Positions 29,473 to 40,168 of a DNA stretch of 64,000 bases are shown here, piece by piece; the first letter of the stretch is position 1; each line of letters opens with the position of its first letter. Source of the DNA: Pseudomonadota bacterium (GTDB taxonomy: Bacteria > Desulfobacterota > Desulfobacteria > Desulfobacterales > RPRI01); NCBI GenBank assembly GCA_043825875.1, contig JBDRRF010000083.1:74032-138031 (forward strand). The letters run 5' to 3'. The position numbers and the translations under genes were made by a program. Under the pieces are notes generated by a model. That model was given only the letters and a program-made list of their open reading frames with translations, did not search any database and was not told the origin of the DNA.

Positions 29473-31437
29473 ATGGCAGTCGATCCAAAGACCAAGATTT
29501 TGCTCGTAGAAGATGCATCTACTATGCGTAAAATGGAAGTCAAAATTCTTAAACAATTAAGTTTTGATAATATCATTGAAGCGGTAGATGGAGACGATGC
29601 TATTAAAAAAATTGAATCGGAAAAAAACATTCAACTGATTATAAGCGACTGGGCCATGCCCAACAAGGATGGCTATGAACTGCTCACATGGTTAAGATCA
29701 CATGAGACCTATAATAATACGCCCATGATCATGGCAACCGGACAAGGCGATAAGGAATATGTTGAAAAAGCAATGCAGGCAGGCGCTAACGGGGTAGTGG
29801 CAAAGCCTTTTACACCTGAAGATCTTAAATATCAAATAGAGAAGGCCTTTGGCATAGATAAGAAAAAGCCTAAAAAGACTGATAGCACAATAACGCTTGA
29901 TAAGGAAGGAAAGGTTCTTTTAAGAATCGCACATATTCAGATCACAGATCACCTTACTCTTGGTGTTATGAAACATATGCTTGAAAAGGGAAAAAGCAAG
30001 GCTAATCATTTTAATCTTGAGACTTTATGCATGCCCGGCTGGAATCCTGTTCAGTCGGCGCTGGAACAGGATGAAATTGATGCTGCCTTTATTCTGGCCC
30101 CGATAGCAATGGATTTGTTCAACTACGGAACGCCAATAAAGCTTGTGATGTTTGCGCATCGAAACGGCAGTATATTTGTCCGCAGCAAATCAAAAAATTA
30201 CCGCAAACCCTATCAACAATTTTTTAAACACAAAACTTTTTTCATTCCCCATAAAATGTCCGTTCATAATATGTTAGCCCATATGTATTTTACACAGATG
30301 GGTTTAAAGCCTGGCATTCCGGGCAAAGAAGCCGTCAATGTTTTGTTTGATGTTATACCCCCTGTTAAAATGCCGGAATTTTTAGGTGAAAATCCTGAAA
30401 GCTGTGGTTTTATGGTTGCTGAGCCAATAGGATCCAGAGCAATCTCTGCCGGCATAGCGGAAAAGCAGTTTGTCTCAAGCGAAGTATGGGAAAACCATCC
30501 TTGTTGCGTTGCTGTATTCAGGGATGAGTTCATAAACAAACACCCTGATGCTGTTCAGGAATTCTGCAATTTACTTACCCAAGCAGGCCGGTTTATCGGA
30601 CAAAACCCTGATGAAGCATCCGAAATAGCAGTATCTTTTCTAGATCCCAAAGGACAAATGGGCTTACAAAAAGATCTATTAAAGAGCGTTTTGACTGATC
30701 CGAAAGGGATAAAAACCGATAATCTTTATCCTGTAATAGAAGATCTTGAAACCATCCAAAATTATATGACAAACAACATGGGCATAGGCCGTAGCATAGA
30801 TCTTAACACCTTTGTTGATAAAAGATTTGCAGACCAAGCTTACAAAGATGCTCCTGCCGGCATACGTTTAGCATCTCCCATAAAACACATGAAAGAATCG
30901 GATAATTCCTCTACAATAACTGGAAAAAGAGAACACAATATACAAACAATTGAAGACCTTAAAGTAAAAGCATCACGCGAAGGCAAATATTTAAGTTTCG
31001 GAATATCAGATGAAAAATACGGTTTGGGAATACTTGATGTAAGGGAAATTATAGGCATGCTACCGATTCGGCCCATTCCGCAGATGCCGGAATTTATAAA
31101 AGGTGTTATTAATCTAAGAGGAAAAGTTATTCCAGTTATAGATATGCGATTGAAATTCGACATGGAACCACTTGAATATAATGACCGGACCTGCATAATA
31201 GTAGTGGAAGTTTCAGGGCTTACCGGCTCAACTCTCATGGGTTTGGTTGTTGATACTGTTTGGGAAGTTTCAGATATCAAGGAAGACGAAACGGAAGACT
31301 GCCCGCAATTTGGCTCAAACACAAACAACAATAATATTCTCGGAATTGCAAAAACAAAAGAAGGAATTATTATTCTTTTAGACATTGATAAAATACTTCA
31401 AGCTGATGATATTGTTCAGTTAGCACAGGTTGCCTGA
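29473..31437 (+). CDS. REC + NrtA/CmpA-like binding domain + CheW fusion protein
   Basis: ILLVED..ISDWAMP..AKPF; QITDHL, AHRNGS, VAEP, HPCC; YLSF..YGLGILDVREII..GVINLRGKVIPVID. Confidence 0.85.
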   Translation: MAVDPKTKILLVEDASTMRKMEVKILKQLSFDNIIEAVDGDDAIKKIESEKNIQLIISDWAMPNKDGYELLTWLRSHETYNNTPMIMATGQGDKEYVEKAMQAGANGVVAKPFTPEDLKYQIEKAFGIDKKKPKKTDSTITLDKEGKVLLRIAHIQITDHLTLGVMKHMLEKGKSKANHFNLETLCMPGWNPVQSALEQDEIDAAFILAPIAMDLFNYGTPIKLVMFAHRNGSIFVRSKSKNYRKPYQQFFKHKTFFIPHKMSVHNMLAHMYFTQMGLKPGIPGKEAVNVLFDVIPPVKMPEFLGENPESCGFMVAEPIGSRAISAGIAEKQFVSSEVWENHPCCVAVFRDEFINKHPDAVQEFCNLLTQAGRFIGQNPDEASEIAVSFLDPKGQMGLQKDLLKSVLTDPKGIKTDNLYPVIEDLETIQNYMTNNMGIGRSIDLNTFVDKRFADQAYKDAPAGIRLASPIKHMKESDNSSTITGKREHNIQTIEDLKVKASREGKYLSFGISDEKYGLGILDVREIIGMLPIRPIPQMPEFIKGVINLRGKVIPVIDMRLKFDMEPLEYNDRTCIIVVEVSGLTGSTLMGLVVDTVWEVSDIKEDETEDCPQFGSNTNNNNILGIAKTKEGIIILLDIDKILQADDIVQLAQVA

Positions 31438-31458
31438 TACCAGGATGCATTCAAATTA

Positions 31459-31540
31459 TAGCTGCGTTGGCATCGAAAGTTCTGTCATAGGCGTATTACA
31501 TATACGCCTGCGGCAAAACCTCTCTGCCGTTTTGCTATCT
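31459..31540. repeat. decayed hairpin repeat between convergent genes
   Basis: CTGCGTT motif and central AGGCGTATTACATATACGCCT palindrome. Confidence 0.5.
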
Positions 31541-31565
31541 TTTTTAATACTGCTTGCCACTCTTG

Positions 31566-32510
31566 TTATTGGTGGGGTATATATTGAAGGTGGATTACAA
31601 AATTTATAGCCAGCGCAAAAAAGCATGAAACAAAAGGTGTTAAAAACCATCCAATCAATATATTAAAAAGCATTTTACGCTTTATGGCATTTACACCCCT
31701 TATAATTCCAACACCAAGTACTCCGCCGATAATAGCCTGAGATGAAGAAACCGGCACTCCGACAAAAGAATAAATCTGGACGGTTAATCCTACAGAAAGA
31801 AGTACTATCAGGGCTGAAAAAGGATCAAGTTTTACCAATTTCTTACCTATATTTTCCATAAGTTTTCTGCTGTATGTAATTATACCGAAAGCAATGCTCA
31901 AACCTCCTATCAGAGCCGCCTGAAAAACGGTAAGCTTGCCTGCACCCACAAAAACAGCAGTTACATTTGCAACATTATTAGCCCCAAGAGCATATGCTCC
32001 AAATGAGCCGGCAATGAGCATTCCTGCCCTGATTATTGAATCGGATTCAAACATGTTCGGCTTATATTTATTGTAAATAATTGCCAAAAACTTATAGAGA
32101 ATAATCGCAATAATTGCACACCCAATTGGGGTTCCGAACCAGCAGGCAACTACCTTGCCCATTCCGTCAAAATTAACCTGCCTGTTTAATATTCCTATAC
32201 CTATGATTGATCCCACAACGGCTTGAGATGTGGAAATAGGCAAACTATAAGCAGTCATGATAGATACCGTAAGAGCTGCCGCAACAGAAGATATTACGGC
32301 CTGCTCCAAACTAAAAGATGTGAGACCTTGAATTGTTTCAATTCCCGCCCGACCCGATATGACAGCCCCTAAAACGACAAATATAGAAGCAAGAATTGCC
32401 GCTGTCCGGAATCTGACCATTTTGGAAGAAACAGCCGTTCCAAAAACATTTGCGGCATCATTGGCGCCAAGCGCCCATCCCATAAACACTCCGCCAAGAA
32501 GAGAAAACAT
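31566..32510 (-). CDS. PiT-family inorganic phosphate transporter
   Basis: GANDAAN, PISTSQA, GANNVAN, PVSSSQA. Confidence 0.92.
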   Translation of the reverse strand: MFSLLGGVFMGWALGANDAANVFGTAVSSKMVRFRTAAILASIFVVLGAVISGRAGIETIQGLTSFSLEQAVISSVAAALTVSIMTAYSLPISTSQAVVGSIIGIGILNRQVNFDGMGKVVACWFGTPIGCAIIAIILYKFLAIIYNKYKPNMFESDSIIRAGMLIAGSFGAYALGANNVANVTAVFVGAGKLTVFQAALIGGLSIAFGIITYSRKLMENIGKKLVKLDPFSALIVLLSVGLTVQIYSFVGVPVSSSQAIIGGVLGVGIIRGVNAIKRKMLFNILIGWFLTPFVSCFFALAINFVIHLQYIPHQ

Positions 32511-32513
32511 TTT

Positions 32514-33167
32514 TTATATTCGCCTCTTGAGACTGAATATATTTATACGTTTGGACACCCGTTCGGCCCCATCGGATACATTGCCTATTCTTTCAATAAG
32601 CTCTTTTAACTGAAGCTTTTCAAACCACTCTAAATCGGAATCAATGATCATTGAAATTATTCTTTGTTCAATGTTATCGCAATGGCTTTCATTAGTATCA
32701 ATTAAGCCTAGAAGTTCTCTTATTCCATTGGTGTTTGTAAAAAATGCTATGGACTGTCTGTTAAGGAGTTCACAACACTCAACACTAATTTTGACAAGCT
32801 CTTTGGTATCGGAAATAATAAAACTTGGAACAACAAGTTTTTGGACTTGCATCATATGAAGAATATCTTTAAACAGCCTTGAGATAATATCAAATTCGGA
32901 AAGAAGAGCCATTATATCTCCTCTGGAATCAGGAATAAGGGCCTTGGCATACAATGTACTGTTTATCTCATCACTTATATCAGTTATTTTATTTTCATAC
33001 CTATGAGTTTGTTTTATATAAAAATCAAAATTTTCACAGCTTATTTCATCTAAAAAACAAAAATTCATAGATTGTGAAAAACTCTCATAAATTAATTTGA
33101 AAGTATCAAGATATTCATAAATCAATAATTCTACCTGGCGTTCTTTTTTAAAAAGAAAATTAAGCAT
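32514..33167 (-). CDS. DUF47 (PhoU-like) phosphate transport regulator
   Basis: ALIPDSRGDI, ESHCD, IGNVSDGAE; adjacent to PiT; start at ATG 33167 inferred. Confidence 0.85.
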   Translation of the reverse strand: MLNFLFKKERQVELLIYEYLDTFKLIYESFSQSMNFCFLDEISCENFDFYIKQTHRYENKITDISDEINSTLYAKALIPDSRGDIMALLSEFDIISRLFKDILHMMQVQKLVVPSFIISDTKELVKISVECCELLNRQSIAFFTNTNGIRELLGLIDTNESHCDNIEQRIISMIIDSDLEWFEKLQLKELIERIGNVSDGAERVSKRINIFSLKRRI

Positions 33168-33226
33168 ACAAGTTACCTTCCATACATTGAAAATTTTCGG
33201 CCCAAGCAACGCGGCAATATTAAATT

Positions 33227-33748
33227 CTAAAGCTTATTTGATTTAATAATATTACGTCTCTTTTTTTTGGAAAGCTTTCTTCCCGGTCCCTTCTTTTTGG
33301 TGGTAGGTTGCCATTTCCTTTCTTCAACTTCGGAATCATCCATATTATTAAAGTCTGAGGCCACCTTAATCTTAGTTTCAAATAAAGGAGAGCTTATAGT
33401 TGCAACCCCTTTTGATTCGGCATATTTGATAATATCCATATCCGAACTTACTATTAAAGCTTTTTCCCTGTGTACGGTCACCATCTTTTTTATTACTGTA
33501 TCAGCAGAATCAGGATATTTAGAGTACCTTATGTCTATCCCTTTTATTCTATCTCTTTCTGATGAAAACATGGGTGCATTTGCGCCATCAAACACCACTA
33601 TTATCCTGTGGGGTTTTATTTTTTTATAGGCAGCAAGCATGTCTATCAAAGCATTTCTCCCAAGCCCGATATCTTTACGGTCAAGAGAACTCAAAAAAGA
33701 CGATTGGCGAATCAAATTGTATCCGTCAATTATTATATTAAGAGACAT
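33227..33748 (-). CDS. YacP-like NYN domain RNase
   Basis: IIDGYNLI, VVFDG, ADTVI, VSSD. Confidence 0.88.
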   Translation of the reverse strand: MSLNIIIDGYNLIRQSSFLSSLDRKDIGLGRNALIDMLAAYKKIKPHRIIVVFDGANAPMFSSERDRIKGIDIRYSKYPDSADTVIKKMVTVHREKALIVSSDMDIIKYAESKGVATISSPLFETKIKVASDFNNMDDSEVEERKWQPTTKKKGPGRKLSKKKRRNIIKSNKL

Positions 33749-33766
33749 GGTTGCATATAAATTTTA

Positions 33767-34660
33767 TCAGTGCTTTTGTTTAAGGCGGCCTATGAGGTTG
33801 TCAAGGTCTTCGTTACTGTAAAATTCAATCTCTACTTTTCCTCTTTTACCCTGCCGTTTTATAGCAACTTTTGTTCCGAAATGGCTGGAAAGATCATTTT
33901 CAAGGCTTGAAAAATATATGTCGTCAGAAGATTTGCCAGTTGTTTTCTTTTTACTTTTATCGGTTTTCAAGCGCTTTATAAGATTTTCGGTTTCCCTTAC
34001 AGAAAGTCCTTTTGAAATCACATTTCTCCATGCAGCATTCTGTTGTGCAGGTGTTTCGGCTCCAAGCAGTGCTCTTGCATGACCCATGCTGATTTTTCCT
34101 TCAAATAAGCTCTCTTTAATCTGATGGGGCAATTGACGAAGCCGTAAGATATTGGCTACAGCAGGTCTGCTTTTTCCAACACGTTTTGCAGCCTCTTCCT
34201 GTGTCAGATCAAATTCGGTCATCAGGCGGTGATAAGCTTCAGCTTCTTCTATAGGGTTTAGGTTTTCACGCTGTATATTTTCAATGATTGAAATTTCAAG
34301 CATCTCTGTATCAGAAACATTTTTAACTATAACCGGAACCTGGGCCAAGCCGGCTATTTTTGCCGCCCTGAGCCTTCTTTCACCGGCTATCAATTCGAAA
34401 CCTCCGGAACTTTTTCTTACAAGAAGAGGCTGAATAATTCCTTTTTCCTTGATAGATTGAGCAAGCTCTAAAAGCTCGTTTTCAGAAAAATGAACCCTGG
34501 GCTGGTATTGGCTGGGTATTATAAGCCCTATATCGCTATTTATGTGCTTTCCCGATTCTTTTTTATCAGAGTCAGAATCAATTCCGGGTATCAGGGCGCC
34601 AAGACCCTTTCCAAGAGCAATCTTTTTCTTCAGTTTCGATCCAGGATCCTTAGTCATCAT
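33767..34660 (-). CDS. parB: chromosome partitioning protein ParB/Spo0J
   Basis: LGKGLGALI, QPR..F, IAGERRLRAA, ENIQRENLNPIEEA. Confidence 0.95.
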   Translation of the reverse strand: MMTKDPGSKLKKKIALGKGLGALIPGIDSDSDKKESGKHINSDIGLIIPSQYQPRVHFSENELLELAQSIKEKGIIQPLLVRKSSGGFELIAGERRLRAAKIAGLAQVPVIVKNVSDTEMLEISIIENIQRENLNPIEEAEAYHRLMTEFDLTQEEAAKRVGKSRPAVANILRLRQLPHQIKESLFEGKISMGHARALLGAETPAQQNAAWRNVISKGLSVRETENLIKRLKTDKSKKKTTGKSSDDIYFSSLENDLSSHFGTKVAIKRQGKRGKVEIEFYSNEDLDNLIGRLKQKH

Positions 34661-34763
34661 AATCTCCAGATATTCAAATCTGACGGCTTTAGAAAAAGTC
34701 CGTCAACTGGCCATGGGCGTATAAACCCCGACCAAAGATGAGGGTGTAATCAGTTAAATTATA

Positions 34764-35552
34764 TTAATCGGCAGAAGAAGAAAATCCATCACCTGCCATG
34801 TTCATTATCTCTTGCGCAAGGCTGATATAGCTTTTTGCACCAATAGAAGCAGCATCATAGAGCATTATCGGTTTTCCGAAACTTGGTGCTTCTCCAAGCC
34901 TGACATTTCTTGGCACTATTGTTTTAAACAAAAGGTTATTAAAGTATTTTGCTGCATCTTCAGCAACCTGTACAGACAAATTGGTCCTCTTATCGTACAT
35001 AGTAAGAAGAATTCCTGCAATTTTAAGGTCAGAATTTAAGCTTTTCCTGATGTGTTTTACTGTCTCTAAAAGCTGCCCTAAACCTTCTAAAGCATAAAAT
35101 TCACACTGAAGGGGAATAAGAAGATAATTGGAAGCCGTAAGCGCATTAACAGTCAAAAGGCTCAACGATGGCGGACAATCAATAATAATGTATTCAAACA
35201 TATCAGAGGCTTTTAAAAGAAGATTTTTCAAAAACAATTCACGTCCGTTGTCAGACATCATCTCAACCTCGAACCCTATCAGCTCGATATTTGAGGGAAT
35301 TGCTTTTAAGTATTCAATCTCCGTATCAAAAAGGATACTTCCCAAATCCGATTCTCCGATCATGCCATGGTAAAGATTTTTTTTAATAGTGGCCTTATCG
35401 ATACCCAAACCTGTTGTTGCGTTACCTTGAGGATCGCAATCAACGATAAGCGTTTTTTTTTCGGAAATAGCAAGTGATGCCGCAAGATTAACTGCTGTTG
35501 TAGTTTTGCCGACCCCGCCTTTCTGATTCGCTATGCATATTGTATGTGCCAT
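34764..35552 (-). CDS. parA: ParA/Soj ATPase
   Basis: NQKGGVGKTTT, DPQGNAT, DCPPSL, QCEFYALEG, EAPSFG. Confidence 0.95.
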   Translation of the reverse strand: MAHTICIANQKGGVGKTTTAVNLAASLAISEKKTLIVDCDPQGNATTGLGIDKATIKKNLYHGMIGESDLGSILFDTEIEYLKAIPSNIELIGFEVEMMSDNGRELFLKNLLLKASDMFEYIIIDCPPSLSLLTVNALTASNYLLIPLQCEFYALEGLGQLLETVKHIRKSLNSDLKIAGILLTMYDKRTNLSVQVAEDAAKYFNNLLFKTIVPRNVRLGEAPSFGKPIMLYDAASIGAKSYISLAQEIMNMAGDGFSSSAD

Positions 35553-35974
35553 AATAAATTAGCTTTCTAACACAAATCTTCATAATTGAAAAGGATATAT
35601 GCATAACATCCTTAAAATATAATAGGGTAGCTGCTTTGGGCGTTAACATAATCTGAATACATATTATATGGGATATTATATTTATTAGTTATATTTAACG
35701 TATGCACTGATTTTTATTAATCGGTGAGGCCGAAAAAATAACTTTACCCAACCTAATAGAAGACTTAGTGATTTATAATTTTCTTGATTTAGTTCTCTCT
35801 GATGATATAAAGTACGTAATAATTTAATTGCAATTAATAGCTATCTATCAAACAGAAGGTTTCAAAATCGGACGCTATGTTACTTGAAGATTAATATTGT
35901 TATGTGCGTAAGATCCGCAGGACAATTGAAATACTCCTTAATTCAGTCTTTACCTAAGCGCAGGGGGATATCAG

Positions 35975-36178
35975 GTGAAGGATAGAGTTATTCAATTGCC
36001 AGAAGCTCCTTCAATAGATGATTTCCGCGATTTGAATAAGCTGGCTATTCAGAAGAAACTGGAAAAGTCCGGTCCGGATGTTTTGCGATATGAGGATCGT
36101 CTGATTCAATTCATCGCTAATGGCGTTGAAGTTCCCCGATCGGATTCGTCCAAAGCTGGTTTTAGCAAAGCGCTATAA
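35975..36178 (+). CDS. small hypothetical protein
   Basis: 67-aa ORF with GGGGG RBS, 19 bp before the next gene. Confidence 0.4.
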   Translation: MKDRVIQLPEAPSIDDFRDLNKLAIQKKLEKSGPDVLRYEDRLIQFIANGVEVPRSDSSKAGFSKAL

Positions 36179-36197
36179 GGTTGTGTAGGTAAATATA

Positions 36198-38876
36198 ATG
36201 AGTTATACAGAAGCAATCATAAATGCCCAAAACTTACCTTCCGGCGCTCGTTTCTATCGTTGCGCGCTACAGGTGAATCCATTTGAGTATCTGGTGCGCA
36301 ATAAAAAACCGACGGTTTTCAGCGATGAGGCGGATTACAATAAAGCAATAGTGGAAGCATGCCGGAGAAAGGGTATTGAAGTCCTCGGAATTACCGATCA
36401 CTATCGCGTTCGGTCGTCACAGTCACTCTTACAGGCGGCCCAAGCAGCGGGGATTATTGTGTTCCCCGGATTCGAAGCAGTAAGCAAGGATGGAGTACAT
36501 CTGCTCTGTCTGTTTGACCCCACCAAGGATATCCATTCTATGGAGAGAATTCTTGGAGACTGTGGCATCCATGAAGATGAAGCCGTCTCGCCGGCAGGAA
36601 AATACGATGTCATTGAGTTTTTGAAGGAATCCCACGAATGCTGGGGAAGTATTTGTATCGCGGCCCATGTCGCTAGCGAAGGGGGGCTTTTGCATCGGCT
36701 TTCCGGGCAGCCAAGGGTAAATGCCTGGACATGTCCTCATCTATTAGCTTGCGCCTTGCCAGGGCAGGTCGATGATGCGCCCGACAACGTCCGGCCGATC
36801 TTACAAAATAAAAATCCGGACTACCGTCGCGATAGGCCAGTTGCAGTGATCAACGCTCAGGATGTATCGGGTCCGGAGGATTTGGAAAAACCCGGTGCTT
36901 CCTGCTGGATTAAAATGTCGAACGTTACGATAGAGGGATTGAGACAAGCCTTTCTCGATCCGGTATCAAGGATACGCCTGGCCAGCGACCCATCACCAGA
37001 AGAACATACCGAGTTTATCGCTATGACCTGGCAGGGTGGCTTTCTGGATGGTGCGGCCATTCATTTAAACGAGAACCTGAATGTGCTCATTGGCGGACGG
37101 GGAACCGGCAAATCCACCATCGTCGAAAGCATCCGTTATGTTCTCGGCATGGACCCCATCGGCGAAGAAGCACAAAAATCACATAGCGGCATTATCCGCC
37201 AGGTCCTGAAAAGCGGCACAAAGGTATCCATGCTGATCCGATCTTATCACCCGGATAAGCGCCATTACCTCATTGAACGGACGATCCCCAATCCGCCGGT
37301 TGTCAAAGACGAGACCGGCAACGTGCTCAATCTGACGCCTGCGGATGTAGTTCCCCAGACCGAGATATACGGGCAGCATGAGATTTCAGAATTAACGAAA
37401 AGCCGGGATAAACTCACCAGGCTTCTGGGCCGTTTTGTTGAGCATGATCTTTACATTGCAAAACGAAAAAGCAGCGTCCGCCAGCAATTAGAGCGTTCGC
37501 GTTCGCGCTTGCTTGAAACTCAAAAAGAACTTACCCAAATCGAAGAACGTTTGGCTTCTCTGCCGGCTCTTGAAGAAACTTTGCGTCGGTTTCAAGATGC
37601 CGGGCTCGAGGAAAAGTTGAAGGAACAAAGTCTTCTCGTACGGGAAGAACGAGTGCTAAAAACCGCAGAAGAGCGAATAGTCCCCTTCATAGAGTTACTC
37701 AGCCAGTTCAACAGTTTACTACCCATCGATTGTGCGTTCCTTTCTGAAAAAGCTCTCGAAAACTTGCCTGGAAAAGATATCTTGAGCGGTGCGGCCAGAA
37801 TTTTGAATCAATTAACAGCAGATATAACGCGAATTACTGGAGAAATGGACCAAGCTATTGAAAGGGGACAGACCGGCTTCGGCGAAATACGTAAGCGTTG
37901 TGAGGATCGGAAAATCGCGGTCATGAAAGCTTACGAGACCATATTGCGTGACCTGCAGAAATCCAAAATCGATGGGGAAGAATTCATCCGCCTGCGACGA
38001 CAAATTGAAGAGCTGCGCCCGCTGAAGGAAAGGCAGACCCTGTTGATGCGCGATATGCAGGCGTATGATGCGGAGCGACGCAACCTGCTCTCAGAATGGG
38101 AGGATGTCAAGGCCGAGGAGTTCCGAAATATCGATCGTGCCGCGAAAAAAGTCAGCAAGAAGCTTGATGGCCGTGTTTTGGTCGATGTGACTGCGGGCGG
38201 CAACCGGGAGCCGTTGTTTCAACTCCTGCGTGATCAGATTGGCGGACGATTATCCGAAGCAATTGAGACTTTGACGAAAAGCGAAGATTTTTCATTGCCG
38301 GTTTTCGCTTCGGCATGTTGGACGGGCAAGGAAGCCCTTTCCCGGCAATTCGGTCTTCCTGCCAGTCAAGCTGAGCGCATTGCCCAGGCAAAACCTGATG
38401 TCATCATGCAAATCGAGGAGTTGGAATTGCCGCCAACCACAGACATTAAATTGAATGTCGCCGCAGACGATCAGTCCCCCATGTGGCAGTCTCTCGAGAA
38501 CCTTTCTACAGGTCAGAAGGCGACTGCAGTTCTCCTTCTTTTATTGCTTGAATCGAATGCACCTTTGGTTGTGGACCAGCCTGAAGATGACCTTGACAAC
38601 CGGTTTATTTCTGATGGCATCGTTCCAAAAATGCGCGAAGAAAAACGCCGTCGGCAATTTATTTTTGCCACCCATAATGCAAACATTCCTGTTTTAGCGG
38701 ACGCCGAATTAATTTTGGGGTTGACCGCCTATGGTGAGGCCGATCAGGGCAAAGCCAAATTATCGGAAGAGCATATGGGCTCCATCGACACAAAGGCGGT
38801 CCGCGAAATGGTTGAAGAAATCCTCGAGGGAGGCAAGGACGCTTTTGAGATGCGCCGTTTAAAATATGGGTTTTGA
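36198..38876 (+). CDS. PHP phosphoesterase + SMC/ABC-type ATPase fusion (Ppl/TrlF-like)
   Basis: ITDHY, FPGFE, HLLCLF, AAHV; Walker A GGRGTGKS; coiled coil; LSTGQK, VVDQPEDDLD, ATHN. Confidence 0.88.
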   Translation: MSYTEAIINAQNLPSGARFYRCALQVNPFEYLVRNKKPTVFSDEADYNKAIVEACRRKGIEVLGITDHYRVRSSQSLLQAAQAAGIIVFPGFEAVSKDGVHLLCLFDPTKDIHSMERILGDCGIHEDEAVSPAGKYDVIEFLKESHECWGSICIAAHVASEGGLLHRLSGQPRVNAWTCPHLLACALPGQVDDAPDNVRPILQNKNPDYRRDRPVAVINAQDVSGPEDLEKPGASCWIKMSNVTIEGLRQAFLDPVSRIRLASDPSPEEHTEFIAMTWQGGFLDGAAIHLNENLNVLIGGRGTGKSTIVESIRYVLGMDPIGEEAQKSHSGIIRQVLKSGTKVSMLIRSYHPDKRHYLIERTIPNPPVVKDETGNVLNLTPADVVPQTEIYGQHEISELTKSRDKLTRLLGRFVEHDLYIAKRKSSVRQQLERSRSRLLETQKELTQIEERLASLPALEETLRRFQDAGLEEKLKEQSLLVREERVLKTAEERIVPFIELLSQFNSLLPIDCAFLSEKALENLPGKDILSGAARILNQLTADITRITGEMDQAIERGQTGFGEIRKRCEDRKIAVMKAYETILRDLQKSKIDGEEFIRLRRQIEELRPLKERQTLLMRDMQAYDAERRNLLSEWEDVKAEEFRNIDRAAKKVSKKLDGRVLVDVTAGGNREPLFQLLRDQIGGRLSEAIETLTKSEDFSLPVFASACWTGKEALSRQFGLPASQAERIAQAKPDVIMQIEELELPPTTDIKLNVAADDQSPMWQSLENLSTGQKATAVLLLLLLESNAPLVVDQPEDDLDNRFISDGIVPKMREEKRRRQFIFATHNANIPVLADAELILGLTAYGEADQGKAKLSEEHMGSIDTKAVREMVEEILEGGKDAFEMRRLKYGF

Positions 38877-38887
38877 GGGATAAGGAT

Positions 38888-40108
38888 ATGACAAAGACAG
38901 AGCTGTTGGAGCTTATAAAAAATCTAGAGAACTCAGGTGTTGAGTTCAAGCGGGATACAGAAAAAACAGAAAAATTAGCTAAAGAACTGGTCGCATTTGC
39001 AAATCTACAGGGTGGACGGGTGCTCCTGGGTATCGATGATGATGGCAGCGTGGTTGGGATAACCAGGGATCGCCTGGAGGAGTGGGTAATGACCACTTGC
39101 AGGGATAAGATACGCCCTGAGCTTATCCCATACTATGAAGTCATCCGGGATGTGGAACCAGGCAAAGATGTGGCAGCTGTTCAGGTTGACCGCGGATGGG
39201 CGGTCCATCATGTCTGGCATAACAACCATAGAACTTACTATATTCGTGTGGGCACTCAGAGCCGTGAAGCCAGTGCCGAAGAGTTGGAGCGGTTGTTCCA
39301 GCAGCGTGGTGCATTTCGTTTGGAAGTGCGCGGCGTGTCCGGCTCATCCATGAAAGATTTCGACTATCGACGCCTGGACGATTACTTTCAACGCATCCAT
39401 TCCCCTTATCAAAAAACACCCGGCATGGATGATGCTGAGGCTTGGCAAACGCTTCTCCTAAACACGGAATTCCTGATTGAAGAGAAAGATAAAAAATCAG
39501 CCACTGTTGCAGGCTTATTACTGTTCAGCCCGAATCCGAATCGTTTTTTGCCTCAAGCTGGAATCGATGCGGTCGCCTATCCCGGCAAGGAAAAAGATTA
39601 TGCCGCAAAAGAACGTCTTTCTATTCGCGGCCCTATGACGGCACTGTTTGGGGGTGAAGGCATTATTGAAAATGGTCTTGTTGAACAGGCATTTGAATTC
39701 GTAAAGAGAAATACCGGGGTTGCCGCCACGCTTGCTGAAGGCGCGAGACGTGAACAGAAATGGACATATCCGGAAGAAGCTGTCAGGGAGGCCATCGTCA
39801 ATGCGCTGGTGCACCGGGATTACCTGTTGTCCGGTACTACGGTGGAATTGTCTATCTATGAGGATCGCCTGGAGGTGATCTCCCCAGGACGTCTTCCCAA
39901 TGGTATTACACCACAGCGGATGATAACAGGTTGCCGTGCAGCCCGTAACCAATTGCTTAAAGATGTTATGAGGGACTATGGTTACCTTGAACATACGGGT
40001 ATGGGAGTGCCCAGGAAAATCGTTAAAGAGATGCAGAAACATAATGGAACATTACCGGATTTAATCGAAGATGAAGAACTTTTCACGGTAAGGCTCTGGA
40101 ATAATTGA
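38888..40108 (+). CDS. AlbA_2 (Schlafen-like) + HATPase_c_4 protein
   Basis: ENSGVEFKRD, VAFANLQGG..LLGIDD, YYIRVG; REAIVNALVHRDY, SPG, RNQLL, GMGV. Confidence 0.88.
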   Translation: MTKTELLELIKNLENSGVEFKRDTEKTEKLAKELVAFANLQGGRVLLGIDDDGSVVGITRDRLEEWVMTTCRDKIRPELIPYYEVIRDVEPGKDVAAVQVDRGWAVHHVWHNNHRTYYIRVGTQSREASAEELERLFQQRGAFRLEVRGVSGSSMKDFDYRRLDDYFQRIHSPYQKTPGMDDAEAWQTLLLNTEFLIEEKDKKSATVAGLLLFSPNPNRFLPQAGIDAVAYPGKEKDYAAKERLSIRGPMTALFGGEGIIENGLVEQAFEFVKRNTGVAATLAEGARREQKWTYPEEAVREAIVNALVHRDYLLSGTTVELSIYEDRLEVISPGRLPNGITPQRMITGCRAARNQLLKDVMRDYGYLEHTGMGVPRKIVKEMQKHNGTLPDLIEDEELFTVRLWNN

Positions 40109-40168
40109 TTAATATTAACATATTGGCATTTTTTGCATTTTTTGCAATAATTGGCCTACCATGGAACC

